Shown here: in pieces, positions 40,575-50,111 of the stretch
Layout of the letters: every line of letters begins with the position of its first letter
Numbering within the stretch: the stretch's first letter is position 1
Assembly (NCBI GenBank): GCA_031409275.1
Contig: JANNXA010000049.1
Coordinates: 32,001 to 96,000 of the forward strand
Length of the DNA: 64,000 bases
Direction: 5' to 3'
Source: Planctomycetota bacterium
GTDB lineage: Bacteria; Planctomycetota; B15-G4; SIAN01
Translations under genes and position numbers: made by a program
The notes under the pieces: model-generated
Told to the model about the DNA's origin: nothing
The model's input: only the letters and a program-made list of their open reading frames with translations
Databases searched by the model: none

Positions 40575-41222
40575 ATGAAGTCGTTTGCGCGCATCGTCGC
40601 GACGGCCGCCGTTGCGGTCGTTGCCATCTCGGGGGCGGCGTTCGCCTGGTCCCGCGTTCAGGCTGCGCCGGCCGCGTCCGCGGCCCCGGCTGCCGCCAAG
40701 CAGGAAGCGAAGGCCGAGGTCGTGGTGCCGTTCATCGGCAACGCCACCTGCCCGATGCAGGCGGGCAAGGCGGTCAACAAGACGAAGTTCGTCGAATCGG
40801 AAGGCCAGCGCGTCTACTTCTGCTGCGGCAAGTGCGCGGCTGCGGCGAAGGCGGACCCGAAGGCGGCGGTCGCGTCGGCCTACAAAGAGTCGAAGGCGGT
40901 CGCCAACAAGACCTGCCCGGTCTCCGGCCACGCCATCGAGGCGGGCAAGGCGAAGACGGTCACGTTCATGGGCCACTCGCTCGAACTCTGCTGCGCGGAC
41001 TGCGAAGCGGGCTTCAAGAAGAACGCCATGGCGATGACCATCGCCGCGATCTACGGCGTCGAGGATGCGAAGAACGCCAAGTGCCCCGTGATGGACGAGG
41101 ATTCGAACACCGAAGACTTCGTGATCTACAAGGGCAAGCTCGTCCACCTCTGCTGCGGCGACTGCACGGAAGAGTTCAAGAAGGACGCCGACAAGTTCCT
41201 GGCCAAGGCCACGGGCAAGTGA
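40575..41222 (+). CDS. Secreted protein with three YHS/TRASH-like Cys repeats (metal binding)
   Basis: Signal peptide, then three copies of 'NxxCP(M/V)...(F/L)CCxxC'. Confidence 0.85.
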   Translation: MKSFARIVATAAVAVVAISGAAFAWSRVQAAPAASAAPAAAKQEAKAEVVVPFIGNATCPMQAGKAVNKTKFVESEGQRVYFCCGKCAAAAKADPKAAVASAYKESKAVANKTCPVSGHAIEAGKAKTVTFMGHSLELCCADCEAGFKKNAMAMTIAAIYGVEDAKNAKCPVMDEDSNTEDFVIYKGKLVHLCCGDCTEEFKKDADKFLAKATGK

Positions 41223-41250
41223 CCGCGCGGCTCGGCGCCTCGCCCTTCGC

Positions 41251-42153
41251 GTGAGCACGCGTGAGGCGATCGAGTCTTACCGCGCTCCGATCGACGGGTT
41301 GCGCTGCCTGCGCAGCCCGGGTCGGTTGCGTCGTCTGAAAATGCCGCTGCCGGCGGATCCGCCTCAGGACGGTCCGCCGGCTGCTTGTTTTCTCTGCCAC
41401 CCCGAACGCGATCGTTTCGATCTCGGGCCTTGGCCGCGCGACGGCGGGGCGCAGCGAGTGGTGGGCAACGCGCATCCGTTCGCGGCGCGCGCGCTGCTGG
41501 TCGCGCCCGCGCTGGAGTCGCATCACGCGCTCACGCCCGCCACGCTTCCGATCGATCGGCTCGCGGAGTGGCTGCAGTGGCCGACGTCGCCGGAATTCCT
41601 TGCCGCGTTCGAGCTCGACCAAAGGACCACCGTCGCCTTCGTCAACGTCGGCCGCCGCGCCGCGCAGTCGCGCCGCCATCCGCATCTGCAAGTCGTCGCG
41701 TTTGGCGGTGACTGCGGCAAGCTGCAGGACGACGACGCCGCCGCCATCGCCGCTGACCTCGCGAGCGCCGCGAGCGAGTCGCGCGAGCTCTGCCTCTCCT
41801 CCGGCGCCAAAGTCGTGGTGCCGCGCCAGCCATCGCAAACCGCGGAGCTCTGGCTGCCGCTGCCCGCTGCGGACGTTGGCGCTGCCGATTGGAAGGGCGC
41901 CGCGGCGGCGCTCGCGGAGCTCTGCGGCGCTGGCGAGCGATCGCTGAGCGGCGACTACAACCTGGTGTGGCGGCTCGCCGCACCGGCGTTGGTGCGTTGG
42001 ATCCCGCGCGGCCTGTCGGAGCGCGCCGGACTCGAGTTCGCGGCGCCGGCGCTGTTGGCCGGGGTCGTCGCCGTCTCGGTGCGCGAGAGTTTCCTGTTGT
42101 GGTCGGCCGCACTCGCGCTCCCGCCGGCGCCCGGCGCGCCCAACTCCGACTGA
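41251..42153 (+). CDS. GalT/HIT-superfamily nucleotidyltransferase-like protein
   Basis: 'CFLC', 'VVGNAHPF', 'NVGRRAAQSRRHPHLQ' (HxHxQ). Confidence 0.6.
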   Translation: MSTREAIESYRAPIDGLRCLRSPGRLRRLKMPLPADPPQDGPPAACFLCHPERDRFDLGPWPRDGGAQRVVGNAHPFAARALLVAPALESHHALTPATLPIDRLAEWLQWPTSPEFLAAFELDQRTTVAFVNVGRRAAQSRRHPHLQVVAFGGDCGKLQDDDAAAIAADLASAASESRELCLSSGAKVVVPRQPSQTAELWLPLPAADVGAADWKGAAAALAELCGAGERSLSGDYNLVWRLAAPALVRWIPRGLSERAGLEFAAPALLAGVVAVSVRESFLLWSAALALPPAPGAPNSD

Positions 42154-42231
42154 GACGCCGCGACCGGCGGTCGCCTGGAGATTCGCTATGACGCAGCGCG
42201 TCACTACGCCTTTCACCAGGATCGAGCTCTC

Positions 42232-43107
42232 GTGTCACCGGGAAGAACCCTCCGGCGTCTGCTAGGCGTCTGCGCCTTCGCCACCTACGCGACCACCGCC
42301 GCATTCGCGCATGACGGGGCGGCGGAGCGTTTGGCCCGCCTCTCACCGCGCCTGGAAGCGGCGCACGCGCGCGGGGACGCCTCGCTCGTCGCCGCGCTGC
42401 TCCTCGAGCGCGCGGAGCTGCACCGGATCGAGCGGAGCTGGCGCGCGGCGCTGCTCGACCTCGCCGAGGCGCAGCGACGCGACGCCTCGCTCCATCGCGT
42501 CGATCTGGCGCGCGCACGCGTCTACTTCGACTCTGGCGATGACCGTCGCGCGAGCGCGGCGGCGCGAACCTACCTTGGCGTCGAGACCGACGACGTCGCG
42601 GGCCACGCGCTCCTGGCGCAGGCACTCGCTCGCAGCGGCGACCACGCCGGCGCGATCGCGGCATTCGACGCTGCGCTCCTCCGCTCGCCGCGCGACCCCA
42701 ACCTCCATTTCGCGCGCGCGCAGCAGTCCTTCGCGCTTGGAGGAGACGATCGGCAGCGAGCGATCGACGGGCTCGATCGCGGCACGACCGCCTGTGGCGG
42801 CGCCCTGCAGCTCGAGGAACTCGCCGTGCGGTTCGAGACGGAGCTCGGCGCGACCGATGCGGCGTTGCGACGCGTGGCTCGGCTCGAGTCGGGCTCGCCG
42901 CGGCCGGAGCTGTGGCGGGCGCGCGCCGTGACGCTGCTCGAGCGGTCGGGACGATTTGCGGAGTCGCGTGAGGCGGCCGTGGCGCTGCTCGCCTCGATCG
43001 ATCGGCTGCCGGCCGCGACGCGCGCCCAGTTCGCGATGCAGCGGCTTCGCCGCGAAGTTGCCGCCGCGCTGGTCCGGTTGGGTGCGCCACCGCGGGAGCG
43101 AGCGTGA
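42232..43107 (+). CDS. Secreted TPR protein
   Basis: Signal peptide ending 'AFA|HDG', then helical TPR-like repeats. Translationally coupled to the phosphatase gene. Confidence 0.7.
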   Translation: MSPGRTLRRLLGVCAFATYATTAAFAHDGAAERLARLSPRLEAAHARGDASLVAALLLERAELHRIERSWRAALLDLAEAQRRDASLHRVDLARARVYFDSGDDRRASAAARTYLGVETDDVAGHALLAQALARSGDHAGAIAAFDAALLRSPRDPNLHFARAQQSFALGGDDRQRAIDGLDRGTTACGGALQLEELAVRFETELGATDAALRRVARLESGSPRPELWRARAVTLLERSGRFAESREAAVALLASIDRLPAATRAQFAMQRLRREVAAALVRLGAPPRERA

Positions 43108-45395
43108 TGGGTGCGGATGCGCCGATCGACGCCCTGCGGAAGCTCGCCCTTGGCGTGGCCCTGATCCTGGTGATCGCGCCGCTCGGCGCGGCGCAGACGG
43201 TGACGCGCGGTCCCTACCTCCAGTCCGGTGCGCACGACCGCATCACCGTGTGCTGGCGCACCAGCGTCGCGTGCAACTCGCGCGTCGCGTTCGGCGCGCA
43301 GCCGGGGCAGCTTTGGTCGCAGGTCGATGACCCGGCGGCGGTCGTCGACCATGCGGTGACGCTGACCGGTCTTGGGGTCGACGCGCGCTACTACTACTCC
43401 ATCGGCACTTCGAGCGTGGTGCTGGCCGGCGACGACCTCGAGCACACCTTCCGCACGGCGCCACCGCCCGGTCGTGCCCGCGCCGGCCGCGTCTGGGTGC
43501 TCGGCGATTCGGGCACCAAGGACGCCAATGCACGTGCCGTGCGCGACGCCTTCTTCGCTCGCAACGGCGCGCGTCCGCTCGACTTCTTCCTGATGCTGGG
43601 CGACAACGCCTACGACGCCGGCAAGGACAGCGAGTACCAGGACGCGGTGTTCCAGAACATGTACGAGGCGCGCCTGATCGACAGCGTCCTGTGGCCGACC
43701 TACGGCAACCACGATGCGGCTTCGGCCGACTCCTCGACGCAGAGCGGCGTCTACTACGACATCTTCCATCTGCCGACGGCGGCCGAGTGCGGCGGCGTGC
43801 CGTCGGGCACCGAGGCCTACTGGTCGTTCGACTGGGGCAACGCCCACTTCGTCTGCCTCGACTCGATGGAGAGCGATCCGCTGATCGGCGGGCCGATGCT
43901 GACCTGGCTCGACCTCGACCTGCAGGCGAACACGCGCGACTGGTTGATCGCGTTCTGGCACCATCCGCCCTATTCGAAAGGGTCGCACGATTCCGACAGC
44001 CAGAGCGAGCTGATCGACATGCGCCAGAACGCTGTCGAGCTGCTGGAGCAGTACGGCGTCGACCTCGTCCTGTCGGGCCACAGCCACAGCTACGAGCGCT
44101 CCTACCTCATCGACGGCCATCGCGGGAAGGCGGCGTCGTTCGATCCGCTCGTGCACGGCAAGGACCTCGGTGATGGCGAGATCGGCGGCGGCGGCGCCTA
44201 TCGCAAGGCGGGCGCCGGGGTCACTCCTCACCAGGGGGCGGTCTACGTCGTGGCGGGTGCGTCGGGCAAGCATGCGCCGGGCCCGTTCGACCATCCGGCG
44301 ATGCACGTCGCGATCGAGACGCTCGGGTCGTTCGCCTTCGATCTCCACGGCGCCCAGCTCGATGCCTGGTACCTCGACTCGAACGCGGCGCTGCAGGACC
44401 ACTTCACGCTGGTGAAGGGCGGTGCGACGCCGATCGACGCGGGCAACCACGCCGCGCTCGCCGCGCTCTCCGATTGGCGCTATTTCGACCGCGGTTTCGA
44501 GCCGGCAAGCGACTGGGAGAGCGACGGTTTCGACGATTCGAGCTGGGCCGAAGGTCCGGGCGCGCTCGGCTACGGCGAGAGCTACATCGCGACGACGGTG
44601 AGCGACGGCGGCAGCGCGAGCCAGAAGTACGTCACCACCTATCTGCGCACGAACTTCGACCTGTCGGCCGAACCGCTCGACCTCACCGGCCTGCGCTTGC
44701 GCGCCTCCTACGACGACGGATTCGTCGTCTACGTCAACGGAGTCGAGGCGGCGCGTCGGTCGCTGCCGTCGGGCGTGATCCTCGACTCGACGTTGGCCAC
44801 GAGCCATGAGGGCGGGGTCTACGAGATGATCGACCTCACGGCGGCGGTCGCGTCGCTGCGGCGCGGCACCAACGTGCTGGCCGTCGAGCTGCACCAGACG
44901 ACGCGCAGTTCGAGCGACCTCGTCTTCGATGCGTCACTCGAATACGACGGCTTCACGCCGCTGCTTGGCCGTGGTGCCGAAGGAGTCCTCGACCTGCAGG
45001 GCGGCGTGCCCTTCGATGCGCTGCGCGTGAATGGGTCGACCGGCGGACTCGGCCGCAGCGTCGAGGTCGCCGACGGGGGATCCATCACCATCGATCTCGA
45101 GGTCTCGCCCGGCCGTACCAGCGCCGACTTCGTGCTCTTCGGCTGGTTCGACGTCCCCGGCCTCGACGACGCGGTCGATCTCGGCGACATCGGCCGCCTG
45201 GTGGTGCCGCCGATCTACTGGTTCGCCCACACCTTTCCGTTCGGGCCGCCCCCGCTACTGCCGTCCTACGCGGCGCCATGGAGCTACTTCGAGCCCACGG
45301 TGGACGCTCCGATCGACATCGCGCTGCAGGCGGTGATCCAGGACGCGCAGGGCGACCTGAAGTGCACGAACGCGGTCCTCATCCGCGTTCGTTGA
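43107..45395 (+). CDS. Secreted purple-acid-phosphatase-like metallophosphoesterase with C-terminal beta domains
   Basis: 'TRGPYLQ' FN3-like domain, 'GDSG', 'GDNAY', 'GNHD', 'HHPPY', 'SGHSHSYERS', then a 'YDDGFVVYVNG...NVLAVELHQ' domain. Confidence 0.9.
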   Translation: MGADAPIDALRKLALGVALILVIAPLGAAQTVTRGPYLQSGAHDRITVCWRTSVACNSRVAFGAQPGQLWSQVDDPAAVVDHAVTLTGLGVDARYYYSIGTSSVVLAGDDLEHTFRTAPPPGRARAGRVWVLGDSGTKDANARAVRDAFFARNGARPLDFFLMLGDNAYDAGKDSEYQDAVFQNMYEARLIDSVLWPTYGNHDAASADSSTQSGVYYDIFHLPTAAECGGVPSGTEAYWSFDWGNAHFVCLDSMESDPLIGGPMLTWLDLDLQANTRDWLIAFWHHPPYSKGSHDSDSQSELIDMRQNAVELLEQYGVDLVLSGHSHSYERSYLIDGHRGKAASFDPLVHGKDLGDGEIGGGGAYRKAGAGVTPHQGAVYVVAGASGKHAPGPFDHPAMHVAIETLGSFAFDLHGAQLDAWYLDSNAALQDHFTLVKGGATPIDAGNHAALAALSDWRYFDRGFEPASDWESDGFDDSSWAEGPGALGYGESYIATTVSDGGSASQKYVTTYLRTNFDLSAEPLDLTGLRLRASYDDGFVVYVNGVEAARRSLPSGVILDSTLATSHEGGVYEMIDLTAAVASLRRGTNVLAVELHQTTRSSSDLVFDASLEYDGFTPLLGRGAEGVLDLQGGVPFDALRVNGSTGGLGRSVEVADGGSITIDLEVSPGRTSADFVLFGWFDVPGLDDAVDLGDIGRLVVPPIYWFAHTFPFGPPPLLPSYAAPWSYFEPTVDAPIDIALQAVIQDAQGDLKCTNAVLIRVR

Positions 45396-46746
45396 GTTGC
45401 GCCAGCAGCGTCCGCAGGAACGCAAGGCCGCCTTCGACGTCTCCGAATGCGCCGTCGAGCTGCGCCTCGTAGCAGCGGTCGAGCAGCGCCTTGAACTCCT
45501 TGCCGGGGGCGCGGCCGAGCTCGATCAGGTGGCGTCCTTGGACGAGGGGGCGCGGCGCCGCGTCGGCGGCGGCGAGCGCCTCGGCGCGTTCGAGCAGCCA
45601 GCGGCCGGCCTCGAACTCGACCACCGGTCGTGGCGGTCGACCGGCGTCGTCATGCCGCGCCACCCGCACGAGCCAACGCAGGTTCACCTTGGTGGCGAGG
45701 CGGCGGATCGCGCCGTCGCCGGGCTGCGCCTTCCAGAACTCCTGCGGCTTCAAGTGCTGCAGCACCAGCGCGACCACCGCTTCGACGACCTCCTCCTGCG
45801 CGGTGATGCGCGCCAGCAGCGTGCGCGTCGGCGCGGCGCCCGCTTCGGAGTGGCCCGGGGAGCGCCACACGCCGCTGTCGTTCACGGTGGTGGCCGGCTT
45901 GCCCAGATCGTGGCAGAGCAGCGCGAGGCCGACGATCCAGTCGGAGGCGTCGCCGACGCGCGCGCCCGCGAAATGGTCGAGCACATGGCCGGTGTGGACG
46001 AAGACGTCGCCTTCGGGATGCCACTCGGGGTGCTGCGGACAGCCGTCGAGCGGCAGGAGCTCGGGGAAGAAGCGCAACGCGCCGCAATCGCGCAGGAAGG
46101 CGAGGCCGCGCGACGGCACGCATCCCTGCAGCAGCAGCTTCTTCCACTCCTCCTCGATCCGTTCGCGCGGCAGCTCGCCGAGATCGATGGTGCGCGACAG
46201 CTCGACCGTCTCCGGTGCGACGCTGAAGTCGAAGCGCGCGGCGAACTGCATCACCCGCAGCACGCGCAACGGATCCTCGACGAAGCGCGGCGAGGCGTGG
46301 CGCAGCACGCGCGCCGCGAGATCGGCCTGGCCCGCGAGCGGATCGGCGATCTCGCCGCTCAGAGGATCCTCGTAGATCGCGTTGACCGTGAGGTCGCGGC
46401 GCTCCGCGGCGCTGCGCAGGTCGAGGAACGGGTCGGTGTCGATCGCGAAGCCCTTGTGGCCGCGCGCCACCTTCGTCTCGCGGCGCGGCAGCGCGATGTC
46501 GATCGGCAGTCCGGCCAGCTTCAACACTCCGAAGGCGCGGCCCACGTCGATCACGTCGTGCTCGCGCATCAGAAGCGCTTCGAGAACGGCCGGTGCGAGG
46601 CCATAGACCTCGAGGTCGAAGTCCTTGCGGGGCTGTCCCAGAAGCCGGTCGCGCACGCCGCCGCCGACCAGCCACGCGCGCCCGCCCGCGGCCGCGACTG
46701 CGCGCGCCACATCACGCACCACCTGCTCTGGATCGCGCCTCTGCAT
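45379..46746 (-). CDS. CCA-adding/poly(A) polymerase-family nucleotidyltransferase with HD domain
   Basis: 'LVGGGVRD', 'KDFDLEV', 'RRDLTVNAI', 'EDPLRVLR', 'ERIEEEWKK', 'HPEGDV...CHDLGK'. Confidence 0.92.
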   Translation of the reverse strand: MQRRDPEQVVRDVARAVAAAGGRAWLVGGGVRDRLLGQPRKDFDLEVYGLAPAVLEALLMREHDVIDVGRAFGVLKLAGLPIDIALPRRETKVARGHKGFAIDTDPFLDLRSAAERRDLTVNAIYEDPLSGEIADPLAGQADLAARVLRHASPRFVEDPLRVLRVMQFAARFDFSVAPETVELSRTIDLGELPRERIEEEWKKLLLQGCVPSRGLAFLRDCGALRFFPELLPLDGCPQHPEWHPEGDVFVHTGHVLDHFAGARVGDASDWIVGLALLCHDLGKPATTVNDSGVWRSPGHSEAGAAPTRTLLARITAQEEVVEAVVALVLQHLKPQEFWKAQPGDGAIRRLATKVNLRWLVRVARHDDAGRPPRPVVEFEAGRWLLERAEALAAADAAPRPLVQGRHLIELGRAPGKEFKALLDRCYEAQLDGAFGDVEGGLAFLRTLLAQLNERG

Positions 46747-46755
46747 GGCGCGACG

Positions 46756-47634
46756 TTACCCCGTCTCGTCGAGCGGCTGGTTCAGCGCGCCCGGCGCGGC
46801 GCGGTCGCGCACTCCGGTGACGGCGAGCGCTGCGATCGTGGCGGCGTAGGGGAGCGCGCGCAGCAGGAAGACGGTGGCGCCGCCGTCGCTCGCGGCTGCG
46901 GCGCCCAGCCGCAGTTCCAGCGTGAAGAGCGCCGCGACGAAGAGGCCGGCGATCAACGCACCCAGCGGCCGCCAGCGGGCGAAGAGCACGAGCGCGAGCG
47001 CGAGGAAGCCGCGGCCGGCCGACATTCCCTCGACGAAGGTGCCCGAGAGGACGGTGGTGAGGCTCGCTCCCGCGAGACCAGCGAGCGCGCCGGCGACCAG
47101 CAATCCGAGGGTGCGCGCCCGTTCCGGCGAACCACCCGCGGCGCGCAGCGCCATCGGGCTTTCGCCGGCGGCGCGCACCGCGAGGCCCGCGCGCGTGCGA
47201 TCGAGGAAGAGGAAGGTCGCGCCGACCAGCAGCACGCTGACGACGTACGGGAGCGCGGCCACCGATGGGGAGAGCTCGGCGAAGGTGGTGACGCCAGCGC
47301 TGCCGCGGGCGCGCTCGAAGAGGAGTCCGGTCGCGCCGAGGCAGGCGAAGTGAAGCGCGGTGCCGGCCACGATCGGCGACGCGCGCAGCTTCACGACCAG
47401 CAGCGCGAACAGCGCCGCCAGCGCGACGCCCGTCAGCAGCGCCACCAAGAGCGCCGGTCCCAGCGCCGCTGCGCCGCCACCCGCCGCCACCAGCCACGCC
47501 GCCAGCGCACCCGCGAGGATCATTCCTTCGAGCGCGAGGTTCACCACTCCGGCGCGTTCGGCGACGACTTCCGAAGTGGTCGCCAGCACCAGCGGCAGGG
47601 CGAGGCGCAGCCATTGGGCGAGGAGTTCGTTCAT
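46756..47634 (-). CDS. Nucleoside/sugar-type ABC permease
   Basis: 'ERAGVVNLALEGMIL', 'GLAVRAAGESP', 'GRGFLALA'. Confidence 0.9.
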   Translation of the reverse strand: MNELLAQWLRLALPLVLATTSEVVAERAGVVNLALEGMILAGALAAWLVAAGGGAAALGPALLVALLTGVALAALFALLVVKLRASPIVAGTALHFACLGATGLLFERARGSAGVTTFAELSPSVAALPYVVSVLLVGATFLFLDRTRAGLAVRAAGESPMALRAAGGSPERARTLGLLVAGALAGLAGASLTTVLSGTFVEGMSAGRGFLALALVLFARWRPLGALIAGLFVAALFTLELRLGAAAASDGGATVFLLRALPYAATIAALAVTGVRDRAAPGALNQPLDETG

Positions 47635-48644
47635 GGCGGCGTGCCAACGCGGCGGGTGCCGCCGGCTGCGACCAGGACGGCGACGATCGCGACTCCTTGC
47701 AGGAGCAGCCCGAAGCGATCGACTCCAGGCAGGTTCTCGGCCCACTGCAGCGCCGCCGTCCCGCTTTGCAATGCCGCGAAGAGGAGCGCAGCGGGCGCGA
47801 GCCACGCGAAGCGCAGCCCGGCGAGCAGCGCGGCGGCGACAGCGGCGTAGCCGAGTCCCTGCGCCAGCGAGCGATCGGCCGCGCGCGCCACGCCGGCGAC
47901 GTCACTCGCGCCTGCAAGGCCCGCCAGCGCGCCGGCGACGCTGAACACCACCACGCGCGCGCGGTCGAGCGGGAAGGCGCACGCCTTCGCCAACAGCGGC
48001 GCCTCGGCGCCTGCACGTAGCAGCAATCCAGCGCGCGTCCGTGCCAGGAAGAGGCCGCCGCCGGCCGTCGCGAGGAGCGCGAGCGGAAGCCCCAGATGCA
48101 GCGCGCCGGTGCGACTGAGCGTGAACTCGGGGAGCCATGCCGTCGTCGGCAGCGTCGCGGTCTGCGGGAACTGATGGGTCGGTTCCTGCAGCGGCCCGGT
48201 CACCAGCCAGCGCAGCAGTTCGAGCGCGATGCTGTTCAGCATCAGCGTGGAGAGAACCTCGGGCACGCCGCGGCGCACGCGCAGCAGCGCCGGCACGGCG
48301 GCCCAGATCGCACCGGCGAGCGCGCCGGCGAGCAGCGCCGGCAGCCAGTGGCCGCTCGCCGAACCGGCCCATGCGGCGGCGAGCCCGCCGACCAGCAGCT
48401 GTCCTTCGGCGCCGATGTTCCACAGCCCGCAGCGAAACGCGAGCGCGACGCCGGCCGCGCACAGCAGCAGCGGGGTCGCCACGCGCGCGGTCGTGCTCCA
48501 GGCGTCGCGATCGCCCATCGCGCCACCGATCAGCAACTGCGCCGCGCGCAGCGGCGGCAACCCTTGAAGGGCGAGCAGCAGGAGCGCGAGCGCGATCGCG
48601 CCGGCGGCCACAACCCACGGTCGCCACCGAATCTGGAAGCTCAT
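47631..48644 (-). CDS. Nucleoside/sugar-type ABC permease
   Basis: 'GLWNIGAEGQ', 'EVLSTLMLN'. Confidence 0.9.
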   Translation of the reverse strand: MSFQIRWRPWVVAAGAIALALLLLALQGLPPLRAAQLLIGGAMGDRDAWSTTARVATPLLLCAAGVALAFRCGLWNIGAEGQLLVGGLAAAWAGSASGHWLPALLAGALAGAIWAAVPALLRVRRGVPEVLSTLMLNSIALELLRWLVTGPLQEPTHQFPQTATLPTTAWLPEFTLSRTGALHLGLPLALLATAGGGLFLARTRAGLLLRAGAEAPLLAKACAFPLDRARVVVFSVAGALAGLAGASDVAGVARAADRSLAQGLGYAAVAAALLAGLRFAWLAPAALLFAALQSGTAALQWAENLPGVDRFGLLLQGVAIVAVLVAAGGTRRVGTPP

Positions 48645-50083
48645 GCGGTTTGCGCGGCGGCGGCCGCGAGCGAAGCGAGCCGTTCTGCGACCGCGTCGCG
48701 CGACACGGCGCACTCGTGCAGCTCGCCACGAAAGAGCACGAAGAGGCGCGTCGCCAGCGCGAGCGCCTCGTCGAGGTCGGTGGTGGCGAGCAGCAGCGCC
48801 GCGCCGCTCTCGACGGCCGTCCGCAGCTGTGCATGCACGAAGGCGGTCGCCTGCAAGTCGAGGCCGCGGGTCGGATTCTCGGCGAGGAGCACTTGCGGCG
48901 CGCCAGCGAGCTCGCGCGCGAGGACGACCTTCTGCTGGTTGCCGCCCGAAAGCTCGGCGGCCGGCTGCCATGGCGATTCGGCGCGCACGTCGAAGCGCGC
49001 GAGACGCGGCGCGGCGGCTTCGAGCAGTTGCGATCGGGTGAACCACTGGCGTGCGAAGGTCGCCGGCGCGAGCGCGACGTTCTCGGCGATCGAGAGCGAC
49101 AGCGCGAGACCGTGGCGGCGTCGATCGCCGCTGACGAAGGCGCGCGGTCCCGCGGCGACTTCACAGCGGCCGCGTGGCGCGCGCACCACGCCGGCGATCG
49201 TCTCGAGCAGCTCCGCCTGACCCTGGCCATCGACGCCGGTCAGCACCACCGCCTCGCCGCCGCGGACTTCGAGGTCGATTGGCCCGAAGCGCTCGCCCGC
49301 GAGGCCGCGGCAGGTGATCCGCACCGGTCCCGCGCCACTGGATGGAACGGCGTCGGGAACGGCGGCGGCGGCGCCACCAAACAGCGCGCGGGTGACATCG
49401 GCGGCGTCGACCGAGGCGCGCGCTCCGGCGAGCGTGACGCGCCCCTGACGCAGCACCGTGATCCGTTGCGCCACCCGCAGCGCGTCTTCGAGGCGATGGG
49501 TGATGAGCGCGATGGCGAGGCCGCGGCTGCGCAGCTCCTCGAGTTCGACGAAGAGGCGCGTCGCTTCGCCGGGGGTGAGCAGCGCGGTGGGCTCGTCGAG
49601 CAGGAGGACTCGGCGCGCCTGCGCCAGCGCTTTGGCGATCTCGAGACGTTGGCGCATGCCGACCGGCAGGTCGCCGACGCGCGCCGCGGGGTCGACTTCG
49701 AGGCCCGCGCTCTGAAGCTTTGCGCGCGCGGTCGCTTCGAACGATCGTCGCCGCCACGTGCGCGGTGCGTCGGCGAGCCGCAGGTTCTCCGCGACGGTGA
49801 GTCCTTCCGCGAGGGCGAAGTGCTGGTGCACCATCCCGATGCCGAGCGCGCGCGCCACGGCCGGCGTCGGGATCGGCGTCGCGACGCCGTCGATCTGCAC
49901 TTCCCCGACATCGGGCGACACGAGGCCGAGCGCCATGCGGACCAGCGTGGTCTTGCCGGCGCCGTTCTCGCCGAGCAGCGCGTGGATCTCGCCGGCGCGC
50001 AGCTCGACGTCGACCTGCTCCAGCACGGTACGCGTGCCGAAGCGCTTGCCGACGCCGACGAACGCGAGGGCGGCGTTCGTCAT
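48641..50083 (-). CDS. Dual-domain ABC ATP-binding protein (CUT2 type)
   Basis: 'GENGAGKTT', 'GMVHQHF', 'LDEPTA', 'LSGGNQQK', 'NPTRGLD'. Confidence 0.93.
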   Translation of the reverse strand: MTNAALAFVGVGKRFGTRTVLEQVDVELRAGEIHALLGENGAGKTTLVRMALGLVSPDVGEVQIDGVATPIPTPAVARALGIGMVHQHFALAEGLTVAENLRLADAPRTWRRRSFEATARAKLQSAGLEVDPAARVGDLPVGMRQRLEIAKALAQARRVLLLDEPTALLTPGEATRLFVELEELRSRGLAIALITHRLEDALRVAQRITVLRQGRVTLAGARASVDAADVTRALFGGAAAAVPDAVPSSGAGPVRITCRGLAGERFGPIDLEVRGGEAVVLTGVDGQGQAELLETIAGVVRAPRGRCEVAAGPRAFVSGDRRRHGLALSLSIAENVALAPATFARQWFTRSQLLEAAAPRLARFDVRAESPWQPAAELSGGNQQKVVLARELAGAPQVLLAENPTRGLDLQATAFVHAQLRTAVESGAALLLATTDLDEALALATRLFVLFRGELHECAVSRDAVAERLASLAAAAAQTA

Positions 50084-50111
50084 GGGGCGCGGCCTGTCGG
50101 CGGCGCGTCCG

